A DNA stretch of 54,022 nt, the filler included, from Sphacelaria rigidula (taxonomy: Eukaryota), in the NCBI GenBank assembly GCA_964200075.2. It is 5 parts of 5 records of this genome, joined end to end, with 100 filler letters (N's around TTAATTAATTAA, not from the genome) between each part and the next. Parts side by side here need not be neighbours in the genome. Positions count along the whole stretch, not along the records: positions 1 to 10,727 come from CAXNAA020006020.1; positions 10,828 to 21,552 come from CAXNAA020006021.1; 3 more parts are not named here. The stretch is one strand, 5' to 3'. Position 1 is the stretch's first letter, and every line of letters starts with the position of its first letter. This document shows positions 1 through 11,258 of this stretch, piece after piece. Both the position numbers and the translations under genes were made by a program. Under the pieces are notes generated by a model that was given only the letters and a program-made list of their open reading frames with translations, was not told the DNA's origin and ran no database searches.

Positions 1-300
1 CTCCGGGTTCTCATCCTCAATCAAAAGCACCATCCTCAACATAGATGATTGGCTGTTCAAAGGCGACTTGAAGTTAAGTCGAGACAGAAGAAGTCGTAAA
101 GAAGCACATAACTGGTGGATGACTTAAAAGCAGAGTTCAAAGACTCATGTGGAGTTTTCGGTGAAGATTGTTACCTTGGGTACCCAACATACGAGAAAGG
201 TATGTGAAAAAAGATGGCGTGCGTCCTTACCACTAGCCGGTGAATTTTGTGTATTTTTTCTCTTCTATGATGTCACACAGGTATTCCTTGACTGAGAATC

Positions 301-710
301 TTACATCCCCCGCTCCCCTGTTCTTGGAGTCTGTGGCTTCCGCTTTTCCCCTGTCCATGCGAAATGCCTTACTTCGGATCCTATTTCCGCCTCCTCTCTC
401 TCCCATGACTCTTGGATTCCTACTATATCTACGTCGCGTTCACTCACTTGTTCGGTTATCCCTATTCCTTTGCATTCGTCCGTGGCAAATTCACGCACGT
501 TCCACGATCCTAGTCTCGACTTTTTTTTGGAATTATTATCCACTCCCCTTTCCTATTGTTCTGTCTTCGTCATTTTCACTGCTATTTTATCTTGCTTGAT
601 TTTTCTTCCCGTTTCCGGTTTTTCTGTCTATTTTCTCTGGGCCGCTATTCCCCCTCCCCCTTCCCCTTCCGGGCACTTCTTCGTTCCTGCTTCTTCTTTC
701 CTTCGTTCAC
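301..710 (-). mobile_element. Degenerate LINE fragment: start of the APE-type endonuclease plus purine-rich upstream sequence
   Basis: ORF 301-543 reads RLGSWNVREF...DVDIVGIQESW, matching the WNVxG and DI+x+QE motifs at the N-terminus of LINE APE endonucleases. Confidence 0.8.
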
Positions 711-711
711 C

Positions 712-1650
712 CGCATACTCAGTTGTTCCTCGCCTCAGTCCACTTGACCATTGACTAGGCATCCCTTTCGGAACGATAGAGATACCTCCAACATTTCAGC
801 GCTCACTACGTTCGTTGCATATATTACCCCAAAGTATTTTGCACATCCTATCCCCTTCCCGTTTCGCCGTCTGTGGCCACCATCTATCTCCTCGTATAGC
901 CAGCGTTTTCTCGCCAGTATCGAACCTACACAACGAGTTTATGCCACCTTCGTTCAGTTTCGACATTTTCTCCTCTAACACGTCCGCGGTGCTCCGTCTC
1001 GAAGGGGATGCGTGGTCAATTGTCAAACGACTAAGGCAAGCAGCGAATGAGTACGCCCCCCTCCCTCTAACACGTCCTGTTCCTCCTTGTACAGTTCACA
1101 GTCTCCCATCATATATATGACTTCTACTCTCTGTTGCTTCGCCACCTCTCTGTACGTACCCACTTTCTCCTCCACCCGACTCCTGGTATACATTATGCTT
1201 CTTTCTGGCAGGTCCCGATCTCCCACCCGGAATCGCACTCCCAACTCTTTCGCATAGTCATATATATGCTTCCATCCCTACCACCCCTCTTAACCCCCTG
1301 TACTTCTTCAAGTGCTCGTCGCCGTCCACTTTTCGTTCCAACACTCTTTCCCCCCTTACTTTAACTCCTGTTTCCATTCGCCTTGTACCCTCCACATTCA
1401 ACTATGGGCACTATCTCGTCTTATTTTCCTCCCATATCCCTCCACAAATCCTCGACTACGATATTCCACGGTACTCTAGCACGCCCTGCCGTTACTTTCT
1501 TTTGTACAGCCCCATCAACTATTGCCTTGGCGTGCTCCTTACATCATGTTCCAATTTCGATTTCCTCGTGTACCCCTTTGTTTCAACTAGGTACATTCCC
1601 GACTCTGCTCTCAATACTATATCAGTCATTGTTTTTGAGCACCCCAGTAA
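712..1650 (-). mobile_element. Degenerate LINE 3' portion (post-RT C-terminal region and 3' end)
   Basis: Frameshifted peptides LLGCSKTMTDIVLRAESGMY, VRFRVGDRDLPER, GDCELYKEEQDVLE and EKTLAIRGDRWWPQTAK; ends in the GGGATGC..GTCAATGGTCAA..GAGTATGC terminal motif that recurs across the window. Confidence 0.8.
986..1063 (+). mobile_element. 78-bp 5'-truncated LINE 3' end, inserted antisense in the older LINE copy, with a 14-bp TSD
   Basis: CCTCTAACACGTCC at 972-985 and 1064-1077 flanks CGTCTCGAAGGGGATGCGTGGTCAA...ATGAGTACGCCCCCC. Confidence 0.9.
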
Positions 1651-2019
1651 TCTCTGAGGTGCGCGAGTTGGGGTTGGTACAATATCTCGAAACGATGTGT
1701 TGTGGTGGGCAAGTTCACGCGTATAGTGATGACAATCGTTCTCTAGTTCGATTCCAGTTCCGGAAAGTGACCTCTCGAGGGCCATCATGGGTAATAATTG
1801 CGCACGTCTATTACGGTGGCATATTGTCAGTGAGGCTCGACGCCATTTCCCTAAGTTTTTGGCTATTGAAATCTTCTATACCTTGAACGAACCGTATGAA
1901 TAATGTTGACACGCAGGAGAAATCAAAACGGGGAAACAAGAATCGTGATGAGTTGAGCCTTAATATTCATGGTTTTGAACCTTGCCCTTGAGCTTGCTCG
2001 GGGTAAGAGTCTGAACAGG

Positions 2020-2592
2020 TCATTCCATTTCAATTTTCAAATTGGTTGTTGTCTCAGGCTATTCCAGATTCGGCATGATATTTCTGTGACAGAGAACACT
2101 CTCGTTTTGTTCGGAATACTTGAAGAAAAACGAGCAGAACGTTTAAAAAAACGAGCAGAACTTTTCGAAAAACTGCTCAAACCATGACCCCACTATCTGG
2201 AGTACACTCAAGACAAGGTAATTTTGAAGTGGTGTATGGAAAACAACACAGCAGTTCTGCAGCATCACGATAAATCACGCGCCGTTCTAATCGCGTTCCG
2301 CACGCGGAGACGAAGCAACAGCAGCAGTATCAGCAGCATCTTTACTGCCAGTAGATGTACGCGGCTGGGGGTGGGTCTAAATCAGCCGGTGCAGATTTTT
2401 GTGTGTGTCGACGCTGTCCAGCACGGTAGCTTATCACTCACATGGTGCGTGGATGTTGTCGCACGGTCGAAGCGGACCTTCTACGATCAAGAGCAGCAGC
2501 CGCAGCAGCATCGCCGCCGGTTGATTCAGACCCACCCCCAGCCACGTATATTTACTGGCTATAAATATGCTGCTGCCGCTGCTGCTGCTGCT
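2020..2592. repeat. Dispersed repeat (second copy at ~9935-10655) with a local inverted repeat 2318-2392/2515-2592
   Basis: AATTTTCAAATTGGTTGTTGTCTCAGGC and GCTGTCCAGCACGGT...GTTGTCGCACGGTCGAA blocks are shared with 9935-10655; GGCTGGGGGTGGGTCT pairs with AGACCCACCCCCAGCC. Confidence 0.75.
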
Positions 2593-4275
2593 TCTCGTGC
2601 GGACGGTCCACGGCACTTGACAGCCCCCCGTATACACACAAGATCTAGAGGACCTAAGTTTGATAGTTTGCTGGCGTCGCGTCAGCGGCCCGAAAATCCC
2701 GCCCTAGAGCGGTAAACATCCTTACTGTTCATTTGGGTTACTTGCGAGTCAGCATCACGCTCAAACGCGAAAACCACACTCGGCGACGTAGCTTGGGTGT
2801 GTGGGAAGCGCGCGCGAGAAACCGCAGTCCAACCCCGCGCTTCGGTGTCGAGTTGTAAGCGTTGCGCGACTGGCACTTTTGGGTTGAGGATCAGTAGCGT
2901 CTTTCGAGGTCGAAGATGGCAAATTCAAAAACATCGGTGCGCATGGCGAGGATCCTTTGAAGTGTCTAACTACAGAGGGAGAGTTGACAGAAGAACGACT
3001 AAACTAGTGGCTGCTTCATGTCGGGGCTCCAGTGCAGAAGTCAAGGCGTCGAGAGCGATTATAGCACGAGTATGTGCGTAACATCTGCTAGCGACCGCGG
3101 TCATGTATTTAGTAACTGTCTGTATATACTATCAATAGTATCAGAATGAGATGCAAACTATGCGATCTTTGACAACGGTTCCAGCGGAGAAGCCAAGGCG
3201 CGAAAAGTGATTTTGATTTCAGACGGCGCACCATGTATGCCTAGGTCCGCAGAGCCACGATGTTCAAATTGTTCAATTTCACTGCAGTTACGTTAGTGTG
3301 TAGCGGCCACAACAGCTGCTGTTCGTGCTCTTGTGTTGTTATCTTCGCAATGACGGTAAACGTGGGGTGGCCGCTCGGGGGCGTGTGCTTCCCGACTGGT
3401 ACAGAGAAAAGCAGGACACCCGCTAGTGCAACAAGATTGTCCATCTACTGATGTGGAGCGAGCTTTCCGGAGGAACAAAATCACCTCAACACCGACCACT
3501 CCCAGACTTGAATAGATGTACTAGAAATGTCGTTCATTTATTATGACCCAAATCGTCATTTGTAGATTACGGTTGTATTTTTCATACTGGATGACTCGTT
3601 GGATTACCGGCCGCACTTTTGACGCATGTAGCATTCAGCTTGCACTTTCCATGAATATACAGTAGTGGGCGGTCTAACTATTCATTTTGTGGCGTTTGTG
3701 ATTTTTTCGAAATTGCCGATTTTCTTGGGCTCTTTTCGCTTGCCGCCGCTTATCACATCGGGGATCTAAAGATATTTGTATCTGCTCCACATCTCAAGAG
3801 GAAAAAATCATATGTACTCCATTTTGAGTGACTTACGGGCTGACCGGTCATCGGGGGTCCTGCCACGTTTCAGCCTAGATTCTTACTCTCTTGAAATTTT
3901 AATCGATCGAGCCCGTCCTGATCACATTTTAAAAGAAATGTGCAGTTTCATTTTTTTGAAATTCTGCCTACTCATTACACTAGGGCCGAAAAACTGTGTT
4001 TCACGATCGATAACACCCTCCTGATGAACAGGGTATTTACTCGTTCCGCCCGATAACACCGACATGCACTGACTTGGGCACTGTTTCGAGGATGATCTGT
4101 TGTGTTGTACTAAAATCTACCGATGCTAGCAGTTTCAACTTCTATCGAAGAGTAGTACGCGAGAAAAAACCCAAAACGCCCCTAAATAGTAAGACCGCCC
4201 AGTACTGTAGTACCGAAAATCTGCAGTTCCTATCCATAACTGCACTGTCTAATATCCGGCCAAGAACGAAACTGT

Positions 4276-4468
4276 TGTAATGCGTGAGAGGACCGCGTGC
4301 TTGAAGGACCGCGTCGGAAGTTGAACATCCCTTTGGTTAGGGTTAGTGTTGGGGTCGGGCTCGTGGTACCTGCAGGGACTGGCCCGATTGGTTTTGGAAA
4401 ACGTCGATACTGAGGTGTTTCGAGCTACGGTGCGGTCCTCTAAGCACGCGGCCCTCTCACCCACTACA
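4276..4468. mobile_element. Small MITE-like element with an internal GGTTAGGGTTAG motif
   Basis: Imperfect inverted ends GTGAGAGGACCGCGTGCTT / AAGCACGCGGCCCTCTCAC; no clear TSD. Confidence 0.65.
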
Positions 4469-4471
4469 CTG

Positions 4472-5099
4472 TGACCTACGGAAAACGGAAAGGTGCTCTG
4501 GAACGGTCTGAGGTGTCATCATCCGCTGAGCCCTCTTCTCGGGGCAAAAACGACGGAGAAGGGTCAAGAAAGCACTTTTCCACAAGTTATATTTTTTTCA
4601 TACATAACAAGTATAACAAGTAGCCTAAGGCTACTTTTCATGTATCAAAAAGTGAAACTTGTTGAAAAGTGCATTTTTAGCCCTTCTCCGTCGTTTTCCC
4701 CTCGAAACGAGGGCTAAGCGGCTGTTGACACCTTGGGATGACTTGCTGTACTCTCTGAGACGGTTCCAGAGCACCTTTGCGTTTCCCGTAGGTCATGGTT
4801 TCGGTCTTGGCCAAGCTTGCATTTTCAATAACAAACGGTCAAGTTATCTGAAAACAGGGGGAAAACTGACATTTTTTTGTTAACTTGACCGTATGTTATT
4901 GAAAATGCAAGCTTGGCCAAGACCGAAACCATGACCTACGGGAAACGTAAAGGTGCTCTGGAACCGTCTCAGAGAGTACAGCAAGTCATCCCAAGGTGTC
5001 AGCAGCCGCCTAGCCCTCGTGTCGGGGGAAAAACGACGGAGAAGGGCCAAGAATGCACTTTTCGACAAATTTTATTTTTGATACATAAGAAGTAGCCTA
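4472..5099. mobile_element. Foldback/palindromic element: arms ~4628-4848 and ~4881-5098, plus a third partial arm ~4472-4627
   Basis: The arms are near-exact reverse complements (ORFs 4659+ and 5068- translate to nearly identical text) around a ~30-nt loop. Confidence 0.85.
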
Positions 5100-5149
5100 A
5101 CGAAGAAGAAGGAAAATAAAAAATTGGAAGCGCGATTGCGAAGCAGAGC

Positions 5150-6412
5150 AATCTATTATATAATCGTCAATTTTAATTGGAGTATGACAAAGGATGGCTT
5201 TAAAGAATCGGATGAATGAGGGTGTGCCGCAGGAGAAACAAAGGGGAAACAATATTATCGTAACGAGACATGCCTTAATATCAATGATTATGGACGTCAC
5301 CCTTGGACTGGTTTGGGGTATAATGTCGAACAAATCTTTTCCCGTAGAATCGTCAATTTTGATCGCAATATAACAACCGATGGCTTGAAATAAACGAATA
5401 AATGAGGGTATCGTGCAGGAGAAAACAAATCTGAAAAAAAAAACCCGTGGTGAGTTATGCTTGAAAATCCATGATTTTGGACGTTACCCTTGGGCTGGCT
5501 CGGGGTAAACTTTTGAACGGATGTTTTACTGTAGAATAATCCATTTTGATTGGAATATAACAACCAATGACTGTAAAGAACCGTAGGGATACGGGTTTCA
5601 CGCAGGAGAAAACAAAAAGGGAGAAAAAATAGTTTCGTCACGAGTTATGCCGTAATAACCATGACTTTGGACGTCACCATTGGGCTGGCTCGGGGTGGAC
5701 GTTTGAACCAATATTTTTTACTGTAGAATGGTCGATTGTGACTGGGATATAAGAACCGCTGGCTTCAACGAAACGCATGAATGAGGGTGTCACGCAGGAG
5801 AAAACAAAAAAGAGAAAACATATTTTCGTATTGAGATCGCCGTAATATCCATGATTTTGGACGTTACCCTTGGCCTGGCTCGGGGTAAATGTCGAACGAA
5901 TAGTTTACCGTAGAATATTCTATTGTGATTGGAGGATAAGAATCGATAGCTTGAGAGAACCGCGTCGATAAGGGTGTCACACGGGAGAAAAAAACGAAAA
6001 CATAGCTTTTTCATGATGAATTATGCCTTTTTATTCATGATTTTGGACGTTACCGTTGAGCTTGCTCGGGGTAAACCTTTGAATGAATATTGCACTGTAG
6101 AAAGGTCAAATTTGATTGGAATACGACAAACGATGGCTCAAAAAAACCGTAGGGATAAGGGTGTCACGCAGGGGAAAACAAAACGGGAAGAACATGTTTT
6201 CGTAATAGCTTATGCTTTAATATCCATGATTCTGGACATTACCCTTGGGCTGGCTCGCGGTAGACTTTTGAAGGAATAGGTTCCTGTAGAGTCGTCAATA
6301 ATCAATCAAATGATTGAAATATAACAACCGATGGCTTAACAGAACCGTATGTATGAGGGTGCCACGCAAGAGAAAATAAAACGGGAAACAAATATTTTCG
6401 TGATGAGTTATG
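5150..6412. repeat. Degenerate tandem satellite, ~189-bp unit, about 6-7 copies; resumes briefly after 7592; solitary unit at ~1880-2010
   Basis: CCATGATTTTGGACGTTACCCTTGGGCTGGCTCGGGGTA-like motif recurs near 5283, 5469, 5660, 5849, 6036 and 6225; CACGCAGGAGAAAACAAAA-like motif has the same period. Confidence 0.9.
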
Positions 6413-7591
6413 CAAGGGTAGATCGAGTAGAGTATGTACTTTTGAGTACTCGAGTAAAATACTCAAGTATTTACTCCACTCGACGTGTGAGTACCTTGAA
6501 TACGGCCTCAAATGTTCTACTCCAATGTTGAGTAGGTCGAGTACGGCCTCAAATACTCTGCTCAAATGTTGAGTAAGCACTCTCGGTATGACCTCAATAC
6601 TCTACTCAAATTTTGAGTAGGTCGAGTACGGCCTCAAATACCCCACTCAAATTTTGAGTACGTTGAGCATGGTCTCAAATACTCTACTCAAATATTGAGT
6701 GAGCACTCTCTGTAATACTTGAGTATAGAGTACTCCTTGGGTATGGTGAGTACCCCTGACAGTCGGCGACTGCGTGACTTCACTTGACATACTATTTTGA
6801 ATGCATGGGCGAACGATGGCCATCAATTACATGGGCGGCGTTACATCACAGCCAACGAGGAGTATGAGGGAATGATGGCCATAATGTTTTTTTTTTAAGC
6901 GTGCAGGTGAACGAACCTACCTTACCCAGCGCCCCATCTCACCAGCCCCCATCCACGGAGTCCATACTCGATATCTCGCAACGCCTTCGATATCAATTTC
7001 AGTACAGAGCGCTACTTACTCATCATTATCGAGTAATTGAGTAGACGAGTAGTCGAGTAGGTATTATCGAAATGAGCGACCCCACTGGTCACATAGAGTC
7101 GATCATGGGTGGGCGACTCTAGGAATACCTCGGTATTTCCTCTACCCGAGTTTGAGTATCTTGCGTACGAATATGAATACTGAAGTTGAAGTTATAGGTT
7201 TTCGGTACATCGGATCCGGCCTCAAATACTATACTCGAATTTTGAGTAGGTCGAGTACCGCCTCCAATACTCTACTCAATTTTCGAGTAGACCGAGTACG
7301 GCTTCAAATACTCTACTCAAATTTTGAGCACGTTGAGTACGGTCTCAAATACTTTACTCAAATCTTGAGGAAGCACTCTCAGTAAAACTTGAGTATGGAG
7401 TATCACTTCAGTATGACCTCCTCAATACTCTACTCAAATTTCGAGTTGACTGAGTATGCTCTCAATTACTCTACTCGAATAATTGAGTAGGTTGAGTACG
7501 ACTTCAAATACTCTGCTCAAATTTCGAGTACTAAAAGTATGACTCTTCAAAAATACTGAGCATTGAGTATACCCTACTTGACCTACCCTTG
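6413..7591. mobile_element. Non-autonomous hAT-like element (~1.18 kb) inserted in the satellite
   Basis: TIRs CAAGGGTAGATCGAGTAG / CTACTTGACCTACCCTTG; 8-bp TSD GAGTTATG (6405-6412) / AAGTTATG (7592-7599); many subterminal TACTCAAA.TTTGAGTA palindromic repeats. Confidence 0.8.
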
Positions 7592-7734
7592 AAGTTATGC
7601 CAAAATATCCATGTTGACCATGGGCCGAATCAAGTGCTCGTTTACCCGAGGTGCCCCTTTTCAAATATCCATATCTCGAAATTGCGGACGCCGACTCAAA
7701 ATATGAATGGATCGTTCGAACCGCCTAAGTTTAC

Positions 7735-7840
7735 TATTATTTATTGTTATTTCCACTCATGAGTCCGATCTCTCGGAACCCGTGGTCACAGACGTAGGCT
7801 CGTCTTTCCAATACCGTCCCTGCCATTCCTTACAAGACAT
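7735..7840 (-). mobile_element. Retroposon 3' end with (AAT)n tail, family 2
   Basis: TTATTTCC..CAT(G/T)AG..CGAT.TCTCG.AACCCGTGGTCACAGA follows a TAT/TTA tract; homologues at 10828, ~26115 and ~50525. Confidence 0.7.
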
Positions 7841-9934
7841 AGAGTCCCCCATCGTTATTGAGTTATGGCTGTCTATTTGAACTGGTTCAACGTTTTGATG
7901 CTGAAAAATGGGTTCGGAAAAGTATTCCCCCGTGAAAACGTAGTGTTCGTTTTCGACGTGCGCTACGGCAACTTGTGTTCGTTTTCGACGTGCGCTACGG
8001 CAACTTGTGTTCGCTCTCTGTACGTGCGATCGGCACCTGACGAAATCTACACTCTCAAAGTTTTAATTGATGTATCCAAGTTATGTCTGTTTAGCGGTGA
8101 TATAAATATAATAATGTCTGCAGCGGGCTCGAAGCTTTCGGTAGCGCTACAAAACAGGCGTTCGTTGGGGGAGGCCCACTTGTGTGCAGTTTGTTCTCCT
8201 ATACATCTACTTCTAAAAACTATACGCCACCGTAATAGTGTGTCTGGTTACTATGCTTCACGCGCCTGCATGAACGAGGGAGTTGCACTGGAACAGGCCA
8301 CTCCGTTTGGGTTCGCTCCTGTGACACCAGGTTAAAAGCCTGCTGCTCGCTTTGCATCTAGCCTTTTCACGCTCCTAGCACTGCGCGCAAACGATTGTTC
8401 ATGTTCGAAACACGCAGGATTTAACTGGGATACTTCCCTCCAACGCACCGAAGAGCGGCCTCAGGATGTTCTTGTCGAAGAAGATATGAGCGTTGCTTCG
8501 CCTGTCGGTTAGTGCCCTTGCTTGTAGCGTGATGGAAGGGCGCTACGTATATCATTTCGTACATTGACCGGATTTCGACATCATTTCGTGTCTTTATCGG
8601 GTATAAGCATACTCTGCACATTTCGTAGGTGGTCGAACCAGCTTCTGTCCACAGCCAGCTTTAAATGCTAGCATTCTGTGTGGTGCTCGTAAATCAGAAG
8701 GAAACGCTATACGCTGGATACCTATACCCCTCTTCTGTTGACCAGCTAGTTTGTCGAGGCATTCCCCCGCTTGAAGGCGCAGCATCGCGCCGGCAGAAGA
8801 GATCGGAGGAGGAGGACCCGCTGCTTGAAATTCTCGTCTCCTCTTTAGGCGTCATCAACAAGAGCGATGTAGGGTATCCGCGTTGCTGTCGCCATTTGAG
8901 TGCATGTATTTGGAAGGGTGGTGGTGGAGAATGTGATGAAAGATGAAGCAAACTTTCTGGGGCTCGCCGCTTGCGAAGGACATCTCACTTTGGTAGTATT
9001 GTACATGGGTGAGAACATCATGCTCCTGCGGAAAATTGGCTACCGCGAGCGCTGTGTCGGTGTTAGGTGTAGTGGTTAGGTTCGTGGTGCAGTGTGGAGC
9101 GCACACAAATCGATACTGTCGTCCTGGAGAGAGAGGGTCTCATTGGGAACCAGATTGTTGGTCGTAAGTGATCCCCGCGGGTGTTCTGGGCTAGGGGATT
9201 AGAAATAGGGATCCCCAGAAACTCCAGGAACGTGATACCACATGATGCCGTCCGTGGGCATGTTGATGCCGTCCGTGGGCAGATCCGTCGTAGACAGCTA
9301 TCTACCGAAACAAGATCATTCTCGCTAATGTACTTCATTGTACTTTACTATATTCTACTGTACCGTGTACCGTACTGTACCTTACTGTAATCTACTCGGA
9401 TATTCCTCCATAATGAAGAAAATCGAATGCTCGTATTTACTAGGCTCACTGAACCCTACTCCGTTGATGTCGAAGTTGCTCTCCTCTGTTGTTGCTTCTC
9501 ACTCGATCGTTGCTACATTACGCCGTCTTTGATGATGCTTATTCTCTATGATTCACCACTCTCTACCTTGTATCTAAAACATTAGTCCGTAGTATGTTTT
9601 CTACTGCTTGTTGGTGTCGATGTCGTCGCTGCTGTTCATGACGGTCGAATGCTTCTCGGATTTGTCCTCTTCTGTTTCACATACATGTGTATCCTCCTTG
9701 CTGTTGATGTCCGCAGGCGGTTTTACGGATCTACTGTTCAGATATGCAGGTGACTGAACTGATCTCATCTTACTACTCGCTAGACATGCCTTTTTCTGCT
9801 TTTTTGGAACCTGTTTGCCTAACAATGAATCTACTACACTTTTTATCCTCAGTATCTATTTAATATACGCTAGTTTACGTAGTGAAGATGATTGCTGTTG
9901 ATGCCGCCTCTTACTGTGCTGGTAAAAATTGTTA

Positions 9935-10655
9935 TTCCAATTTTCAAATTGGTTGTTGTCTCAGGCCATTCCAGATTTGGCATTGGATTTGTGTGGCAGA
10001 AAATTGTCTCGTATTTTTCAGAATACTTTTTAAAAAACAAGCAGAATTTTTTTAAAAACTGCCCAAAACGTTACCCCATTATATGGAGCACCGGGTACTA
10101 TACTGAACCCAACACAATTCTGCAGTGGTTTTTAGAACCTGAACACGGACTGTATACAGTATGCATCAACTGCTTTCTCTTTGTTGCAAAATTAACAGTG
10201 TCCAGCTGCTGATGCCGTACTGCTACGGAAGCACACGCCTCCGAGGTGCCACCCCACAATCACCGTCATTGCGAACATAACATGACAAGAATATGAACGG
10301 CAGCAGTCGTGGCCGCGACACACCGACGTTACTGTAGTGAAAACGTGTGCCTGAACCGACACCACCACACTTTTGGCGTTTCTTTTTGTTGGCGAAACCT
10401 TGGGCATCTGATTTTGTGACACACTCCACGTGCACAGCTCCCACAGAGAGATGCGCGCAGCTATATCCGCCAGAACCTCACCGAGTAAGCAAGCAGGGAC
10501 CCATGTGCGGGTAGTACGTACCAGCGCTGTCCAGCACGGTGGCTCTTACTCGCAAGGTGCGTGGGTGTTGTCGCACGGTCGAAAAGCAGACCGTCTATGA
10601 TGAAGAGCAGCAGCAGCATCGGCACCGGGTGATTCAGAACCACCCCCAACCGTAC
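9935..10655. repeat. Second copy of the 2020-2592 dispersed repeat; 10225-10350 is also an inverted match to ~3270-3395
   Basis: Shared sequence blocks; ORFs 3260+ and 10422- both give FAMTV.VGW.LGGVCF. Confidence 0.7.
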
Positions 10656-10727
10656 TGTGACGAAATATCGCCTACATGATGTGCTATGTAGTGATCAGCA
10701 GGATGATGACCGTTGACTGTGTAGTGA

Positions 10728-10827
10728 NNNNNNNNNNNNNNNNNNNNNNNNNNNNNNNNNNNNNNNNNNNNTTAATTAATTAANNNNNNNNNNNNNNNNN
10801 NNNNNNNNNNNNNNNNNNNNNNNNNNN
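10728..10827. other. Artificial contig spacer (N44-TTAATTAATTAA-N44)
   Basis: Exactly 100 nt, with the six-frame stop linker TTAATTAATTAA at 10772-10783; identical to three other spacers. Confidence 0.98.
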
Positions 10828-10925
10828 TATCATTTCCGCACATTAGTTCGATCTCGCGAACCCGTGGTCAAAGACGTAGGTTCGCCTGTCCAATACCGTC
10901 CCTGTTATTCCTTACAAGGCATATT
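10828..10925 (-). mobile_element. Retroposon 3' end, family 2
   Basis: ATTTCCGCACATTAG..CGATCTCGCGAACCCGTGGTCAAAGACGTAGG...CCAATACCGTCCCTG..ATTCCTTACAAG matches 7750-7840. Confidence 0.7.
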
Positions 10926-11136
10926 ACCAAAAATAGAAATAAAAATAAGAAAGAGATACGCCACGAAAACCGGCAGTAGTGCTGGCGCGATATGGACAGG
11001 GGTTTTAATTCAGCTGAGTTCATTTCGGCATCATAAAGCGTACATCCTAACGACCTCCATCATCCCTGCCCCCCTCCACGGTAAACACCACTAGGTGTTT
11101 GGTTATCTCAGATGAAACTACACATTTCTTCTTCAC

Positions 11137-11258
11137 CTGCAGCACCGACAAGTCCACTTCATCTACAAAGGTCAACCACGCAGGATCCACGCCGCACAGC
11201 TCAAACAGCACAAGCACTTCACGCCTGAGAGCTAGATCTGCTCGGGGAATAGGTATCA
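11137..11258 (-). CDS. PPX1: Exopolyphosphatase PRUNE/PPX1-like (DHH family), internal exon (V)IPIPRADLALRREVLVLFELCGVDPAWLTFVDEVDLSVLQ
   Basis: Acceptor ctttctgtAG and donor CAG|GTGAAG; phase-1 junction with the upstream exon gives HIPVIPIPRADL, matching the PV+NIPRxDLxLR motif of PPX1/Prune. The downstream DHN/DHH exons are not on this contig. Confidence 0.88.

Noticed and set aside
1..205. Exon ending at AAG|GTATGT
   Set aside because: The coding-like text needs a frameshift, there is no recognisable motif, and it is truncated by the window edge.
6420..7560. CRISPR-like palindromic TACTCAAA/TTTGAGTA repeats
   Set aside because: Irregular spacing and homologous intervening sequence; explained as subterminal repeats of a TIR element with an 8-bp TSD.
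7945..8012. 32-bp tandem duplication (also a short one at 9243-9282)
   Set aside because: Simple two-copy slippage events with no further structure.
10772..10783. TTAATTAATTAA as a biological motif or piggyBac target
   Set aside because: It is centred in N runs, identical four times, and serves as a synthetic stop linker.
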